Positions 47,463 to 57,672 of a stretch of 64,000 nucleotides of DNA are shown in pieces; the stretch's first letter is position 1, and each line of letters starts with the position of its first letter. This DNA comes from an uncultured delta proteobacterium (GTDB lineage: Bacteria; Myxococcota; Myxococcia; Myxococcales; Myxococcaceae). The position numbers and the translations under genes are program-made. The notes beneath the pieces were generated by a model. It made no database searches and was not told where the DNA came from. It was given only the letters and a program-made list of their open reading frames with translations. The stretch is taken from positions 1,120,001 to 1,184,000 of the forward strand of contig CAVQKE010000003.1 of NCBI GenBank assembly GCA_963713045.1, read 5' to 3'.

Positions 47463-47554
47463 CGCCGCTTCCCCCCAGGGGGGGCCGACAAACCGCTCGA
47501 CGGGCGGCCGCCGGCCTGTTCGAGTCGGCCCGCCCCCGTCTGTAGGAGCGTCCC

Positions 47555-48820
47555 ATGGCACGCAGCGCCCTTTGGCTGGTCGCACTCCTCGTCCTGTGGG
47601 GCCTGCCGGCGGCCGCGACGGCGCCGCCGGTGCTGGTGCGCGCCGGCTGGCTGGTCGACCCAGCCGCCGGAACGGCGGCCGCCAACCAGAAGCTCCTCAT
47701 CGAGGATGGCCACATTCGGGCAGTGGGGCCGCGCCTGGAGGCGCCCGCCGGTGCGCAGGTGATTGACCTCTCCAACCGCTACGTGCTGCCCGGCCTCATC
47801 GACGTCCACACCCACCTGTGCCTCAGCGTGAAGACGCAAGGGGGCCACGGACTGAATGACCTGCTGAAGTCGCTGCTCTCCTCCACCTTGCTAGAGACGA
47901 ATGCGCGCCGCGCGCTGATGGGGGTGGTGAACGCTCGGGAGATGTTGGCCGCCGGCTTCACCACCGTCCGCGACGTCGGCAACGCTGGAAACTACGCCGA
48001 CACCGACTTACGGCGTTCGATTGAGGAGGGATGGATTGCCGGGCCGACCATCATCAACGCCGGCCGAATCATTGCCCCGCTGGGCGGGCAGTACCACCAC
48101 CTGACGCCGGAACGCCCCACCTTAGGAGAGCCCGAGTACCTGTACGCCGACACGCCCGAGGAGATGCGGCGCGCCGTTCGAACCAACGTCCTGTACGGCG
48201 CCAAAGTCATCAAAATCGTCGTCGACGACCAGCCCTACCTCTACTCCGTCGAGGACGTGCGGACGCTGGTGTCGGAGGCGGCACGGGCGGGGATGAAGGT
48301 GGCCGCCCATTGTGCAACCGACGCCGGCGCACGGATTGCCGCCGAGGGCGGCGTGGCCTCTGTTGAGCACGCCTACGATGCGACGACGGAGACCCTGGAG
48401 TTGATGAAGAAGAAAGGCGTCTTCCTGGTGGGCACCGACTTCACCCGGACGGCGGCGCACGAGATGGGGATGGACGACTACCACCCGCGGGTGGTGGCGC
48501 GCCTGCGGCGCGCGCGGGCGGTGGGCGTCCCCATCGCCTTCGGGACGGACGTGGTTTTCCCGATGGCCGGTGAAACCCGGGGCACCTTGTCCATCGCCTT
48601 CGTCGAGAGTTACCAGGAGGCTGGTTTCAGCCCGCCGGCCATTCTGCGGATGATGACGGTGGATGCGGCGCGGCTGTTGGGGGTGGAGAAGGAACGGGGC
48701 AACCTGCAGCCGGGCGCCGCGGCGGACTTGGTGGCCACCGAGGCGAATCCGCTGGAGGATGCCAGTGCCCTGCGCCACGTCGCCTTCGTGATGAAGGGTG
48801 GGCAGGTGTTTCGCCCCTGA
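47555..48820 (+). CDS. Secreted metal-dependent amidohydrolase (Xaa-Pro dipeptidase-like)
   Basis: Signal peptide; PGLIDVHTH, GFTTVRD, VIK, AAH, VEH and FGTD motifs. Confidence 0.92.
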   Translation: MARSALWLVALLVLWGLPAAATAPPVLVRAGWLVDPAAGTAAANQKLLIEDGHIRAVGPRLEAPAGAQVIDLSNRYVLPGLIDVHTHLCLSVKTQGGHGLNDLLKSLLSSTLLETNARRALMGVVNAREMLAAGFTTVRDVGNAGNYADTDLRRSIEEGWIAGPTIINAGRIIAPLGGQYHHLTPERPTLGEPEYLYADTPEEMRRAVRTNVLYGAKVIKIVVDDQPYLYSVEDVRTLVSEAARAGMKVAAHCATDAGARIAAEGGVASVEHAYDATTETLELMKKKGVFLVGTDFTRTAAHEMGMDDYHPRVVARLRRARAVGVPIAFGTDVVFPMAGETRGTLSIAFVESYQEAGFSPPAILRMMTVDAARLLGVEKERGNLQPGAAADLVATEANPLEDASALRHVAFVMKGGQVFRP

Positions 48821-48824
48821 GGAA

Positions 48825-50315
48825 TTAGGGGACCACCAGGGCGCGCAGCTGGGGGCCTCCCCCTGGGGCAAGAACGCGCACCAGGACGGTGCTCCCGGGC
48901 CGGGTCGCTTTGAGGGTGGACGCGGCGTCACGGGCGCTGTGCACCTGCGCCCCTCCGAATTCGGTGACGACCAGGCCGACGGTGAAGTCTGCCGCATCCG
49001 CCGGCGAACCCGGCACGACGCTTACCACCACCGCGCCCTGTCCACGCACGCCAAGCCGCGCCGCCAACTCCGGAGTGAGGTCGGTCAACTCCAGCCCGAG
49101 GCCCGCGTCCGCAGAGGTCGGCCGTTCGTCCGACGGTGGCCGGGTGAACGGCCCGGTGCCCTCCAAGTCGGTGCGTGTCCCCAGCGTCACCTGGACGTCC
49201 TGTGGGATTCCGCCTCGGACAAGGGTCAGCTTCACCTGGGAGGCGGGGGCACGGAGCGCCACACCGTGAAGCAGCTCCGTCTGGGAGGTGACCGGCTGCC
49301 CGTCCAGCGCAACCACCACGTCATCCCGCCGCAGCCCGGCGCGCTCGGCAGCCGAGTCGCGGGTGAAGCCGCTCAGCAGCGCGCCCTGGCCGGAGCTGAC
49401 CCCCAGCGCCCGCCCCAGTGCCGGCGTCATCTCCTGAAAGAAGGCGCCCAGGGCGCCTCGCGTCACCCCACCCTCCTTCTCCAGCTGAGGGAGCAACTCC
49501 AGGACGACCGAGGAGGGCACCGCAAAGCCGATGCCGGCCGCCACCTGCACGGCGGTGGCGATGCCCACCACCTCCCCCTGCAGGTTGAAGAGGGGGCCGC
49601 CGGAGTTGCCAGGGTTGATGGCGGCGTCCGTCTGGAGGAGTTCCGCGTAGGGGCTCCCCAGGTTCCGGCCGCGCCCGCTGACAACGCCCAAGGAAACGCT
49701 GGAGGAAAGCCCGAAGGGGTTTCCCACCGCCAAAACCCAGTCCCCGGTGCGAAGCCGTTGGGAGTCGCCGAGTTGCGCAGCCGGAAGGCCTTTCGGCGCG
49801 TGGCGCATCCGCAGCAGCGCGAGGTCCGTCGGCGCGTCGCGGCCCACCACTTCGGCCTGGTACACCCGGCCATCGGCGAGGTGCACCAACAGCGAAGAAG
49901 CGTCGTGCAGCAGGTGGAAGCTGGTCAGCACCAAGCCGTGGCCGCCGAGGAGGACGCCGGCCCCGGCATGCTCGCGTGAGCCAGAATGCCCGGGGACGGG
50001 GGGGTGTCCCTCGGGAAGAGGTGCCTCCTCCTCCTCCTCCTCTCCCTCCTCCTCGTCCCCCGACGGCGAAGTGGCCGAGCCCCGCTCCAAGTCCACACTC
50101 ACCACCGTCGGAAGAATGGCCTCAACCAGCGGTGCCAGCGACGGCAGCTCCACCGGCACCGGCGAACGGGGCGCTGGCGGCGGCACCGCAGGGACCAGCA
50201 CCTCCATCTCTGGGGGGCTGGACGCGACGCGGGCAGGGCTCTCGCGGCAGGCCGACACGGCCAAGAGCAGCAGCGCCCCGGTGCACCACCTTGAAGCTGG
50301 CCGCACGGTGGCCAT
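48825..50315 (-). CDS. htrA: HtrA/DegP-type serine protease with two PDZ domains, probable lipoprotein
   Basis: Triad in TSFH, DLALL and GNSGG; GNPFGL and QTDAAINPG motifs; two PDZ segments; VSA-C lipobox; start uncertain. Confidence 0.9.
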   Translation of the reverse strand: MATVRPASRWCTGALLLLAVSACRESPARVASSPPEMEVLVPAVPPPAPRSPVPVELPSLAPLVEAILPTVVSVDLERGSATSPSGDEEEGEEEEEEAPLPEGHPPVPGHSGSREHAGAGVLLGGHGLVLTSFHLLHDASSLLVHLADGRVYQAEVVGRDAPTDLALLRMRHAPKGLPAAQLGDSQRLRTGDWVLAVGNPFGLSSSVSLGVVSGRGRNLGSPYAELLQTDAAINPGNSGGPLFNLQGEVVGIATAVQVAAGIGFAVPSSVVLELLPQLEKEGGVTRGALGAFFQEMTPALGRALGVSSGQGALLSGFTRDSAAERAGLRRDDVVVALDGQPVTSQTELLHGVALRAPASQVKLTLVRGGIPQDVQVTLGTRTDLEGTGPFTRPPSDERPTSADAGLGLELTDLTPELAARLGVRGQGAVVVSVVPGSPADAADFTVGLVVTEFGGAQVHSARDAASTLKATRPGSTVLVRVLAPGGGPQLRALVVP

Positions 50316-50475
50316 ACGTACCAGACACATAGCGAATTGCCGGCCCCGCGCACGGCAAAGCGACACCCCAAGCAGGGGCACAACTGCCTTCCTTGGCAAG
50401 AGACACCCCCCACGCAACGGAAGTTTCCCCGAAACCGGCCGGCGGGGGCCCCCCACCCGTCGGCGCTGGGCCAGC

Positions 50476-50504
50476 TTGACACCCTCCCGTGCATTCCTGA
50501 CAGT
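50476..50504 (+). promoter_or_regulatory. Sigma70-type promoter of modB-modC-modA
   Basis: Perfect -35 TTGACA (50476-50481), 17-nt spacer, -10 GACAGT (50499-50504). Confidence 0.6.
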
Positions 50505-50634
50505 CGGCGGCCCAGGTGGACTCCGCTTCCCTCAGCCACGGCGTCCGTGCCCACTGGAAGCAGGGCGGCCTCCGTCAGCTCGACCTTGCCGCGCTGGGTG
50601 TCGGCGCTCGGCGCTTGCAAGCGGGCCGGGGGGT

Positions 50635-51453
50635 ATGAAGCTTCCCAGTCGACCCTTCGAAGCGGTGCTGCCGGTGCTGGCGGCGGCCGCGCTTCTGGGC
50701 TTCCTGGTGGTGCCCCTTGTGGCGTTGGTGCTTTCCACCAGCGTTGGGGAGATGGCGGCCGGGCTTCGCCACCCGCTGGCGGTGGCAGCCCTTGGGCTAA
50801 GCCTCTTCACAACCAGCTGCTCGCTGGCGCTGGTGCTGGTGCTGGGGACGCCGCTGGCGTGGCTTCTCTCCCAGCGTACCGGCCGGGCGGCCCGGGCGGT
50901 GGGCACCCTGGTGCAGCTTCCCATCGTCATCCCCCCGGCAGTTTCGGGGCTGGCACTGCTGTTGGCCTTTGGCCGCCGGGGCCTTTTCGGGCCGTGGCTT
51001 GAGCGCGCTGGCATCAGCCTGCCCTTCACCACCGCGGCAGTGGTGTTGGCCGAGGTGTTTGTCTCGGCGCCCTTCTACGTCCAGGCTGCGGCGGCCGCCT
51101 TTCGCCGGCTCGACTCCTCGTTGCTGCTGGTCGCCCATTCGCTGGGGGCCGGCCCGGCGCGAACCTTCTTCCGGGTGGCGCTGCCGCTGTCTCTGCCTGG
51201 CCTAGTCACCGGCGCAGCTCTCAGCTGGTCCAGAGCCCTTGGGGAATTCGGGGCGACATTGATGTTTGCCGGAAACCTCTCCGGGCGCACCCAAACCCTT
51301 CCGCTGGCCATCTACACCGCCATGGAGGGCGACCTGCGCCCAGCCAAAGCCATGTCGCTGGTGCTGGTGGCGGTGGCGTTTGGCCTTTTGCTGTTGGTGG
51401 GGCGGCGGGCGCAAAGCTTCCTGGGAGGCGAGGGTGCTCGACGCGCGGCTTGA
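50635..51453 (+). CDS. modB: Molybdate ABC transporter permease
   Basis: [18 protein letters not shown]-like loop [22 protein letters not shown] and TQTLPLAIY motifs. Confidence 0.92.
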   Translation: MKLPSRPFEAVLPVLAAAALLGFLVVPLVALVLSTSVGEMAAGLRHPLAVAALGLSLFTTSCSLALVLVLGTPLAWLLSQRTGRAARAVGTLVQLPIVIPPAVSGLALLLAFGRRGLFGPWLERAGISLPFTTAAVVLAEVFVSAPFYVQAAAAAFRRLDSSLLLVAHSLGAGPARTFFRVALPLSLPGLVTGAALSWSRALGEFGATLMFAGNLSGRTQTLPLAIYTAMEGDLRPAKAMSLVLVAVAFGLLLLVGRRAQSFLGGEGARRAA

Positions 51454-52153
51454 AAGTCGCCGAGGCAGCTTTCACCTCTTGGTGAACTTCACCGCTGGGC
51501 CGGGGCCCTTGCTGGTCACCGGGCCCAACGGCTCCGGCAAGACGACGCTGCTCCTGACGGTGTTGGGGGCCGTCCGCCCCAGCGCCGGCCGCCTGGCGCT
51601 GGGCCGCGACGTCTTTTTCGACTCCGCCTCAGGCTTCAACCTGCCGGTGGAGGAACGCCGGGTGGCGTATGTCCCCCAGGAGTCGGGCCTCTTTCCTCAC
51701 TTGTCGGTACGGGACAACGTCGGCTTCGGGCTGTCCGGCCTCGCCGGGCCGGCCCGCGCGGCGCGGGTGGAAAAAGCGCTCGCCCAGCTGGGCGCAGTCG
51801 AGCTGTTGGAGCGCATGCCCAGTGGCCTATCGGGTGGCGAGCGGCAGCGCGTCGCGCTGGCCCGGGCGCTGGCCACGGAGCCGCGGGCCCTGCTGCTGGA
51901 CGAGCCGCTGGCCTCCCTCGACACGCCGAGCCGCACCCGCTTCCGCAGCTTTTTGGCCAGCTACCTCCGGCAACTGGAAATTCCTGCCCTCGTCGTCACC
52001 CACGAGGCGGAAGACGCCCGCGTCCTGGGTGGGGAGATGCTTGTCTTAGAAGGCGGCCGGGTGGCGGAGCGCGGGCCGGTGGAAGCGCTTCGGGCCGCAC
52101 CGGCCTCGGCCTTCGCCCGCGCGTTTTGGGCGCCCAGTCTGGGAGAGGCCTAG
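51434..52153 (+). CDS. modC: Molybdate ABC transporter ATPase, no TOBE domain
   Basis: [31 protein letters not shown] and LLLDEP motifs. Confidence 0.9.
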   Translation: MLDARLESRRGSFHLLVNFTAGPGPLLVTGPNGSGKTTLLLTVLGAVRPSAGRLALGRDVFFDSASGFNLPVEERRVAYVPQESGLFPHLSVRDNVGFGLSGLAGPARAARVEKALAQLGAVELLERMPSGLSGGERQRVALARALATEPRALLLDEPLASLDTPSRTRFRSFLASYLRQLEIPALVVTHEAEDARVLGGEMLVLEGGRVAERGPVEALRAAPASAFARAFWAPSLGEA

Positions 52154-52173
52154 CGGCCCCAAAGAAGGAAACG

Positions 52174-52968
52174 GTGACCGAGAGACAACGCGATGAGGGC
52201 CGGCTTCGGCGCTGGTGTTTGTGCGCGGTGCTTCTGGCCAGCTTCAACGGCCCGGCGGCGGCGGACGCGCCCCGGGAACTCGTCATTTTCGCGGCGGCCT
52301 CGCTGCGCGAGGCCTGCACCACGTTGGAAGCCCCCTTTGAGGAGGCCCACCCGGGGGTGCGCCTTCGCTTCAACTTCGCTGGCAGCCAGCAGCTGCGCAC
52401 GCAACTGGAGCAAGGGGCGGCAGCCGACGTTTTTCTCTCCGCGGACGGCCGCCAAATGGAACTGGCTCGCAAGGCTGGGCGGGTAGGGCCAGAGCTGCTG
52501 CTGGCGAGCAACCTGCCGGTCCTCATCGTCCCGCGAAGTAACCCAGCGGGCCTTCGACGCTTCGCCGACTTGCCCACTGTGAAGCGCCTGGTCGTTGGAA
52601 CGCCGGAGGTCCCCATCGGGCACTACACCCTCGAGATTCTGGAGCGGGCCAACCGCGTCTACGGCGCGGACTTCAGTGCGCGCGTCCAAGCGCGCGTGGT
52701 GTCCCGGGAGCTGAACGTCAAGCAGGTCCTCACCAAAGTCGTCTTGGCCGAGGCCGACGCCGGCATGGTGTACCAAAGCGACGCGCAGAGCGCCCTGACC
52801 CAGGTGCAAGTGGTCCCCATTCCTGGGGACATCAACGTCGTGGCCCACTACCCGATGGCCAGCGTGCTGCGTTCGGCCCAGCCGGCGCTGGCCAATGCCT
52901 ACATGCAGTTTCTGCTCTCGGCGCCGGCGCAGGCCGTCTTCGCGCGCGACGGCTTCGGGCCGCCTTGA
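52174..52968 (+). CDS. modA: Molybdate-binding periplasmic protein
   Basis: FAAASL, FNFAGS, QLEQGAAADVFLSA, VPIGHY, NVKQVL and ADAGMVY motifs; start uncertain. Confidence 0.92.
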   Translation: MTERQRDEGRLRRWCLCAVLLASFNGPAAADAPRELVIFAAASLREACTTLEAPFEEAHPGVRLRFNFAGSQQLRTQLEQGAAADVFLSADGRQMELARKAGRVGPELLLASNLPVLIVPRSNPAGLRRFADLPTVKRLVVGTPEVPIGHYTLEILERANRVYGADFSARVQARVVSRELNVKQVLTKVVLAEADAGMVYQSDAQSALTQVQVVPIPGDINVVAHYPMASVLRSAQPALANAYMQFLLSAPAQAVFARDGFGPP

Positions 52969-53025
52969 GGGCAGAGCCAGGGGCCATTGCCCACCCGACT
53001 GCTTTGGGCTAGCGCTCCAGGCGCT

Positions 53026-54261
53026 TTGAAGCGCAATCCGCTATTGCCCATCTTTCTCATCGTCGTGGTCGACGTGCTGGGGCTCACCATCATCCTGCCC
53101 CTGTTGCCTTTCTATGCCCAGAGGCTGGGCGCCTCGGCCACCCAGGTGGGCTTACTCATCTCCGTCTTCGCGCTGTGCTCGCTCTTCTCCGGGCCTCTGT
53201 TGGGTCGGTGGAGCGACAGCATCGGCCGAAAGCCGCTCCTTCTGTTGAGCCAGGTGGGCACCCTTGCCGGCTTCCTCATTTTGGGCAGCGCGCAGGTGCT
53301 GTGGGTGGCCTTTGTCGGCCGCATCATCGACGGGTTGACGGCGGGCAACCTGTCGCTGGCCCAGGCCTACATCGCCGACGTGACCGAGCCGAAAAACCGG
53401 GCGCGGGCCTTCGCCCTCATCGGCATCGCCTTCGGCTTCGGCTTCCTGGTGGGCCCCGCGATGTCCGGCTTCCTTTCCCAGTACGGCTACCGGGTGCCCT
53501 TTCTGGTCGCGGCCGGACTGTCCCTCACCAGCATTCTGGCCACCGCGTTTCTGCTGCCCGGTGGCCGGCGCCCCGAATCGGCCGCGCCGGGCGACAGCGG
53601 GCCGGGGGGGCGCCGCCTGTCGCTTCTGGCCTGGGGCCAGTACGCCCAGTACTTTCGCCGCCCGGGCCTGGCGCCGTTGTTGCTGCAGTTCTTCTGCTTC
53701 AGCTTCGCCTTCGCCGGCTTCACCGGTGGGCTGGCACTCTTCTGCGAGCGCCGCCTGTACTGGCATGGGAAGCCCTTTGGGCCGGAACAAGTCGGCTACG
53801 TCTTCGCCTACGCCGGACTGTTGGGCGTCATTCTTCAAGGCGGCCTCATCGGCCGGCTGGTGAAGCGCTTCGGTGAGACACCGCTGGTGACGTCCGGGTT
53901 TCTCTCGCTGACGGCGGGCTACGCGGTGCTGTCGGCCACCTTTGGCATTCCGCTGCTGCTGGTGGCCGGCACCCTGTCCTCCTTTGGAAATGGCGTGTTG
54001 CGGCCGGCCCTCACCAGCCTCATCACCCAGCAGGTGAGAAGCAACGAGCAGGGCGTTGTCCTTGGCCTCAACCAGTCCCTCTTCTCGGTGGCACAAATTC
54101 TCGGGCCGGCGCTGGCCGGCTTCTTGATTGACAGGGGACAGCTGAGTGCCTGGGCCCTGGTGTCCGCGCTCGCCGCCGGACTGGGGTTGGCCATCAACCG
54201 CGCAGTGCCACGGCCGCGCAGCGCCACTTCGCGAACGCCGGAGGCCGGCGCGGCGCCATAA
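53026..54261 (+). CDS. MFS transporter, TetA/DHA1-like
   Basis: Motif A GRWSDSIGRK; GRIIDG, AYIADVT and GFLVGP motifs; about 12 TM helices. Confidence 0.92.
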   Translation: MKRNPLLPIFLIVVVDVLGLTIILPLLPFYAQRLGASATQVGLLISVFALCSLFSGPLLGRWSDSIGRKPLLLLSQVGTLAGFLILGSAQVLWVAFVGRIIDGLTAGNLSLAQAYIADVTEPKNRARAFALIGIAFGFGFLVGPAMSGFLSQYGYRVPFLVAAGLSLTSILATAFLLPGGRRPESAAPGDSGPGGRRLSLLAWGQYAQYFRRPGLAPLLLQFFCFSFAFAGFTGGLALFCERRLYWHGKPFGPEQVGYVFAYAGLLGVILQGGLIGRLVKRFGETPLVTSGFLSLTAGYAVLSATFGIPLLLVAGTLSSFGNGVLRPALTSLITQQVRSNEQGVVLGLNQSLFSVAQILGPALAGFLIDRGQLSAWALVSALAAGLGLAINRAVPRPRSATSRTPEAGAAP

Positions 54262-54294
54262 GCCACTGGGCCCGGGAAGGAAACCGGGGGGCGC

Positions 54295-55185
54295 CTACAG
54301 CGTCCAGAGGGCAGTTCCGTCTGCGGACAGGGTGAGGACGGACGTCGGTCCGAAGTGCAGCGTCTGCGCCGCGACGCCCTTCTTGACCAGTTGAAAGCGC
54401 ACCTCGGCCAAGCCCTTCATGCCCGGGGCGAGTGGAATCAGGGTCAGGGTCATTCCGCCGCCGGACGCGACGTGCTTCGTCCCCTCGCTGCGCACGGTCC
54501 AGCCGTAGACGGCCAACTCCTTGAGGAAGCGTTCCATCTCGCGCTCGGAGAGCGCCACGGTGGCGCCGATAATGTCCTTCACCAGCCGGTCCTTCTGCCA
54601 AAACCGCGCCGCCAGCTGCGCTCGCGTCATGCCGTCCTTGCCCGGCTCGACGGTGCGCAGGAAGTCCTTCTGGTATTCCATCACCCAGCGGGTGGTGTTG
54701 GAGGGCGGGTCTGTCCGGTAGAAGGCCCTCAGCTGGTAAAACCACGGCACCTGGGCGCCGGTTGGCCCCTGCGTGGTGCGCAGGACGACGGTGGCCTCGG
54801 CGCCGGCATCGGCCAGTGGCAGGACGAGGGCCGCGACGTCTCCGGGATGCTCCACGGCCAACGCCACACCGCTGCTGCCGGGCTCTCCCTGCCCGGGCCC
54901 GGCCTCATACACCTCGAGGTAGGTGTGCTCGCCGTACAGGTACGTCCCGTTCCAGCGTTTGCCCTCGTTGGAGACGTTGCTCTTCTGAAACACTGTCGCA
55001 AAGGTGTCCTTGAGAAAGGCACTCGCGGCGAGGTCGTGCACCGTGGCCGCGTCCAGCACCACCGAGAGGTGGTTGAGGGAGACTTCGGGACGCCTCGCCG
55101 TGGGGGCACCGGCCACCGACGAAGCGAGCAGGCCCAGCAGCAGCGCCGCACTCCCTTCCACCCTGGCTCGACTGGACGTCCCCAC
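54295..55185 (-). CDS. DUF5829-like secreted protein (VOC/glyoxalase-like)
   Basis: Signal-like N-terminus; LNHLSVVLD, WNGTYLYGEHTYLE, VPWF and WVMEY motifs. Confidence 0.7.
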   Translation of the reverse strand: MGTSSRARVEGSAALLLGLLASSVAGAPTARRPEVSLNHLSVVLDAATVHDLAASAFLKDTFATVFQKSNVSNEGKRWNGTYLYGEHTYLEVYEAGPGQGEPGSSGVALAVEHPGDVAALVLPLADAGAEATVVLRTTQGPTGAQVPWFYQLRAFYRTDPPSNTTRWVMEYQKDFLRTVEPGKDGMTRAQLAARFWQKDRLVKDIIGATVALSEREMERFLKELAVYGWTVRSEGTKHVASGGGMTLTLIPLAPGMKGLAEVRFQLVKKGVAAQTLHFGPTSVLTLSADGTALWTL

Positions 55186-55334
55186 GCGCCGTCGGACGCT
55201 AGCGTCTTGGGCCGACGAGCGCCAAAGCCGCCGACCCGCAGTGGCGGGCTACCCCACGCCCTGCGGCGGCAGGCTGGCAGGACTTCAAAGACTGGGCGAT
55301 GGACGCCCCCAAAGGGCGTTTTCTCCAGAAGCCT

Positions 55335-56207
55335 TCAGCCGGCGGAACGCAGCTCTCCCTTCTTGGGGTTGCCGAGCCGTTCTCGGTGGGCCACGGCCGC
55401 CACAATGCGTGCCAGCTGCTCCGCGCCCTCGGTGAGGGCGGCCGGGCCCGGCTGCAGAATCAGGGGGCTCTTCACTTCGTACAGCTGGTCGTCCACCACC
55501 GCCCGGACGGTGGACCAGCCGGGCCGGGCGCGGATTTTCTCGGGCTTCGCCTTGCGCCCGCACCAACTGGCCACGACGCCCTCCGGATTGCGCCGGGCCA
55601 CTTCCTCTGGGGCGAAGACCCGCCCTTGCGCGGCCTGGCTGGCGCGGGACTCGACGCACACGTCCTCGCCGCCAACCAGTTCCATCAATTCCGAGCACCA
55701 GCGGATGCCGGAGATGAGAGGCTCGTTCCATTCCTCGAAAAACATCCGCGGGCGCCGCGGCAGCGCCGAGGCCCCCTCGGCCAGTCGCTCGAGGTTTCGC
55801 CGCAATTCCAGGGCCAGCCGGTCGGCCTCTTCGGCCAGGCCCACCAGCGCACCAATCAACCGAATGGCCTGGAGGATTTCGGCGACGCTGCGCTGGTTGA
55901 AGAGGACCACCGGAACGCCGCGCTTGCAGAGCTCCCGGCCGAGGTCAGCCTGCAAGTCACTGAAGCCAAGGACCAGGTGCGGCCGCAGCGCGAGAATTTT
56001 CTCGAAGTCCGCGTCCAGGAAGGAGCTGACCCGCGGCTTGCGCCGCGCCTCGGGAGGCCGGACGGTGAAGCCGGAGACGCCCACCACCCGGTCACCGGCC
56101 CCCAGCCGGTACAGCGTTTCCGTCGTCTCCTCGGTGAGGCACACCACCCGCGTTGGCCATGGCGGCGCGGAGGAAAGCAGCGCGGAAGCCGGGTCCGAGA
56201 CGTCCAC
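55335..56207 (-). CDS. BtuF-like helical-backbone (cobalamin/siderophore-type) binding protein
   Basis: RVVCLTEETTETLY, VVGVSGF, FSDLQAD, FEEW, SWCG and ILQPGP motifs; start uncertain. Confidence 0.85.
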   Translation of the reverse strand: MDVSDPASALLSSAPPWPTRVVCLTEETTETLYRLGAGDRVVGVSGFTVRPPEARRKPRVSSFLDADFEKILALRPHLVLGFSDLQADLGRELCKRGVPVVLFNQRSVAEILQAIRLIGALVGLAEEADRLALELRRNLERLAEGASALPRRPRMFFEEWNEPLISGIRWCSELMELVGGEDVCVESRASQAAQGRVFAPEEVARRNPEGVVASWCGRKAKPEKIRARPGWSTVRAVVDDQLYEVKSPLILQPGPAALTEGAEQLARIVAAVAHRERLGNPKKGELRSAG

Positions 56208-56265
56208 AGTCCACTGAATTCTACCGGCTTCGCCCACCCGGCCGGGCGCTGGCGGTTGGCGAGAA

Positions 56266-57573
56266 TTACGACGTGTAGGCCGCCTCTCCATGTTGGGTCG
56301 CGTCCAGGCCCTCGCGTTCCTCCTCCTCAGACACCCGGAGGCCCACCAGCCGGTCGGTGACCCAGAGGATGGCCAGGGTGAGGAGCACCGTCCAGACGCC
56401 GGAGGCCAGTAGCCCCACCGCCTGTTTCACCAGCAGCGAGGGGTCCCCAGCGAGAAGCCCGTCCGCGCCCCCACTCGGGTTGAGCACCTTGCGCGAGAAG
56501 ACGCCCACCAACATCGCCCCCAGCATGCCGCCCACCCCGTGCACGCCGAAGGCGTCGAGCGAGTCGTCGTAGTGGAAGCGGCGTTCCTTGAGCACCACCG
56601 CCCCGTAACAGACGAGTCCCGCCGCCGCGCCGATGAAGAGCGACGCCGCCGGTGAGACGAAGCCGGCCGCCGGCGTAATGGCCACCAGTCCGGCCACCAG
56701 CCCCGAGGCAAACCCCAAGATGGTGGGCTTCCCGCGGCTCAACCACTCGCCCAAAACCCAAGCCATGGCGCCAGTGGCGGCGGCAATGGTGGTGGTGACG
56801 AAGGCCAGCGCGGCCGTCTGTCCGGCGGACAGCGCGCTGCCGGCGTTGAAGCCAAACCAACCAAACCAGAGGAGCCCGGCACCGGTGACTGTCATCGGCA
56901 AGTCGTGCGGGATGAACCGCTCCTTGCCGAAGCCGAGCCGCTTCCCAATGAAGAGGGCGCACACCAGCGCCGACAGGCCCGCCGTCCAGTGCACCACCGT
57001 CCCGCCGGCGAAGTCCAAGGTGCCGTAGGCGCCAATCCAGCCGCCGTCGCCCCACACCCAATGGGCCACCGGGTCATAGACCAGGGTGCTCCACAGCAGC
57101 GTGAAGAGGACGTAGGCGGAAAACTTCATGCGCTCCACGAAGGCTCCGGAAATGAGCGCCGGGGTGATGATGGCAAATTTCAGTTGGAACACCATGAAGG
57201 CCAACTCCGGCACGCTGCCTTTCAGCCGGCCCACCACGTTGTCGAGCATCAGGTAATTGGTGCCGCCGATGAGGCCGTGGAAGTCCTTGCCGAAGGTGAG
57301 GGAGTAGCCGAAGAAAACCCACTGCACCGTCACCAGGGCCATGGTGAAGTAGGAATACATGAGGGTGGCGAGCACGTTTTTGCGTCGCACCATGCCGCCG
57401 TAGAAAAGCGCCAGCCCCGGCGTCATGAGCAGCACCAAGGCGGCCGAGATGAGCAGCCAGGCCGTGTCCCCGGTGTCGGCGTGCACCTCGGTGGCCTGTG
57501 CCCATGCCGACAGCGGAAGCAGGAGTGTCACGGCGACAGCTGCCCACACCAGACGCTCGACAGAACGGGTCAT
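56266..57573 (-). CDS. amtB: Ammonium transporter
   Basis: LMTPGLALFYGG, FQLKFAIIT, DFAGGTVVH, WFGWFGFN and DDSLDAFGVHG motifs; both pore histidines present. Confidence 0.97.
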   Translation of the reverse strand: MTRSVERLVWAAVAVTLLLPLSAWAQATEVHADTGDTAWLLISAALVLLMTPGLALFYGGMVRRKNVLATLMYSYFTMALVTVQWVFFGYSLTFGKDFHGLIGGTNYLMLDNVVGRLKGSVPELAFMVFQLKFAIITPALISGAFVERMKFSAYVLFTLLWSTLVYDPVAHWVWGDGGWIGAYGTLDFAGGTVVHWTAGLSALVCALFIGKRLGFGKERFIPHDLPMTVTGAGLLWFGWFGFNAGSALSAGQTAALAFVTTTIAAATGAMAWVLGEWLSRGKPTILGFASGLVAGLVAITPAAGFVSPAASLFIGAAAGLVCYGAVVLKERRFHYDDSLDAFGVHGVGGMLGAMLVGVFSRKVLNPSGGADGLLAGDPSLLVKQAVGLLASGVWTVLLTLAILWVTDRLVGLRVSEEEEREGLDATQHGEAAYTS

Positions 57574-57672
57574 GGAACCTGACTGTTGCATTGACGCGGT
57601 GCGTTTCGCCACTGCTGCAAGCAGCACGGTGCCAAACTTTCTGGGCCGCCCCGGGTTCCCCTTTGCGTTGAC

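Noticed and set aside
50023..50056. CCT-type triplet run in htrA
   Set aside because: Encodes a short poly-Glu linker in a variable loop; frame preserved.
55302..55324. Hairpin plus T-tract on the + strand between minus-strand genes (similar one at 26577-26602)
   Set aside because: Short 6-bp stems in the wrong orientation for the flanking genes; may be chance or promoter sequence.
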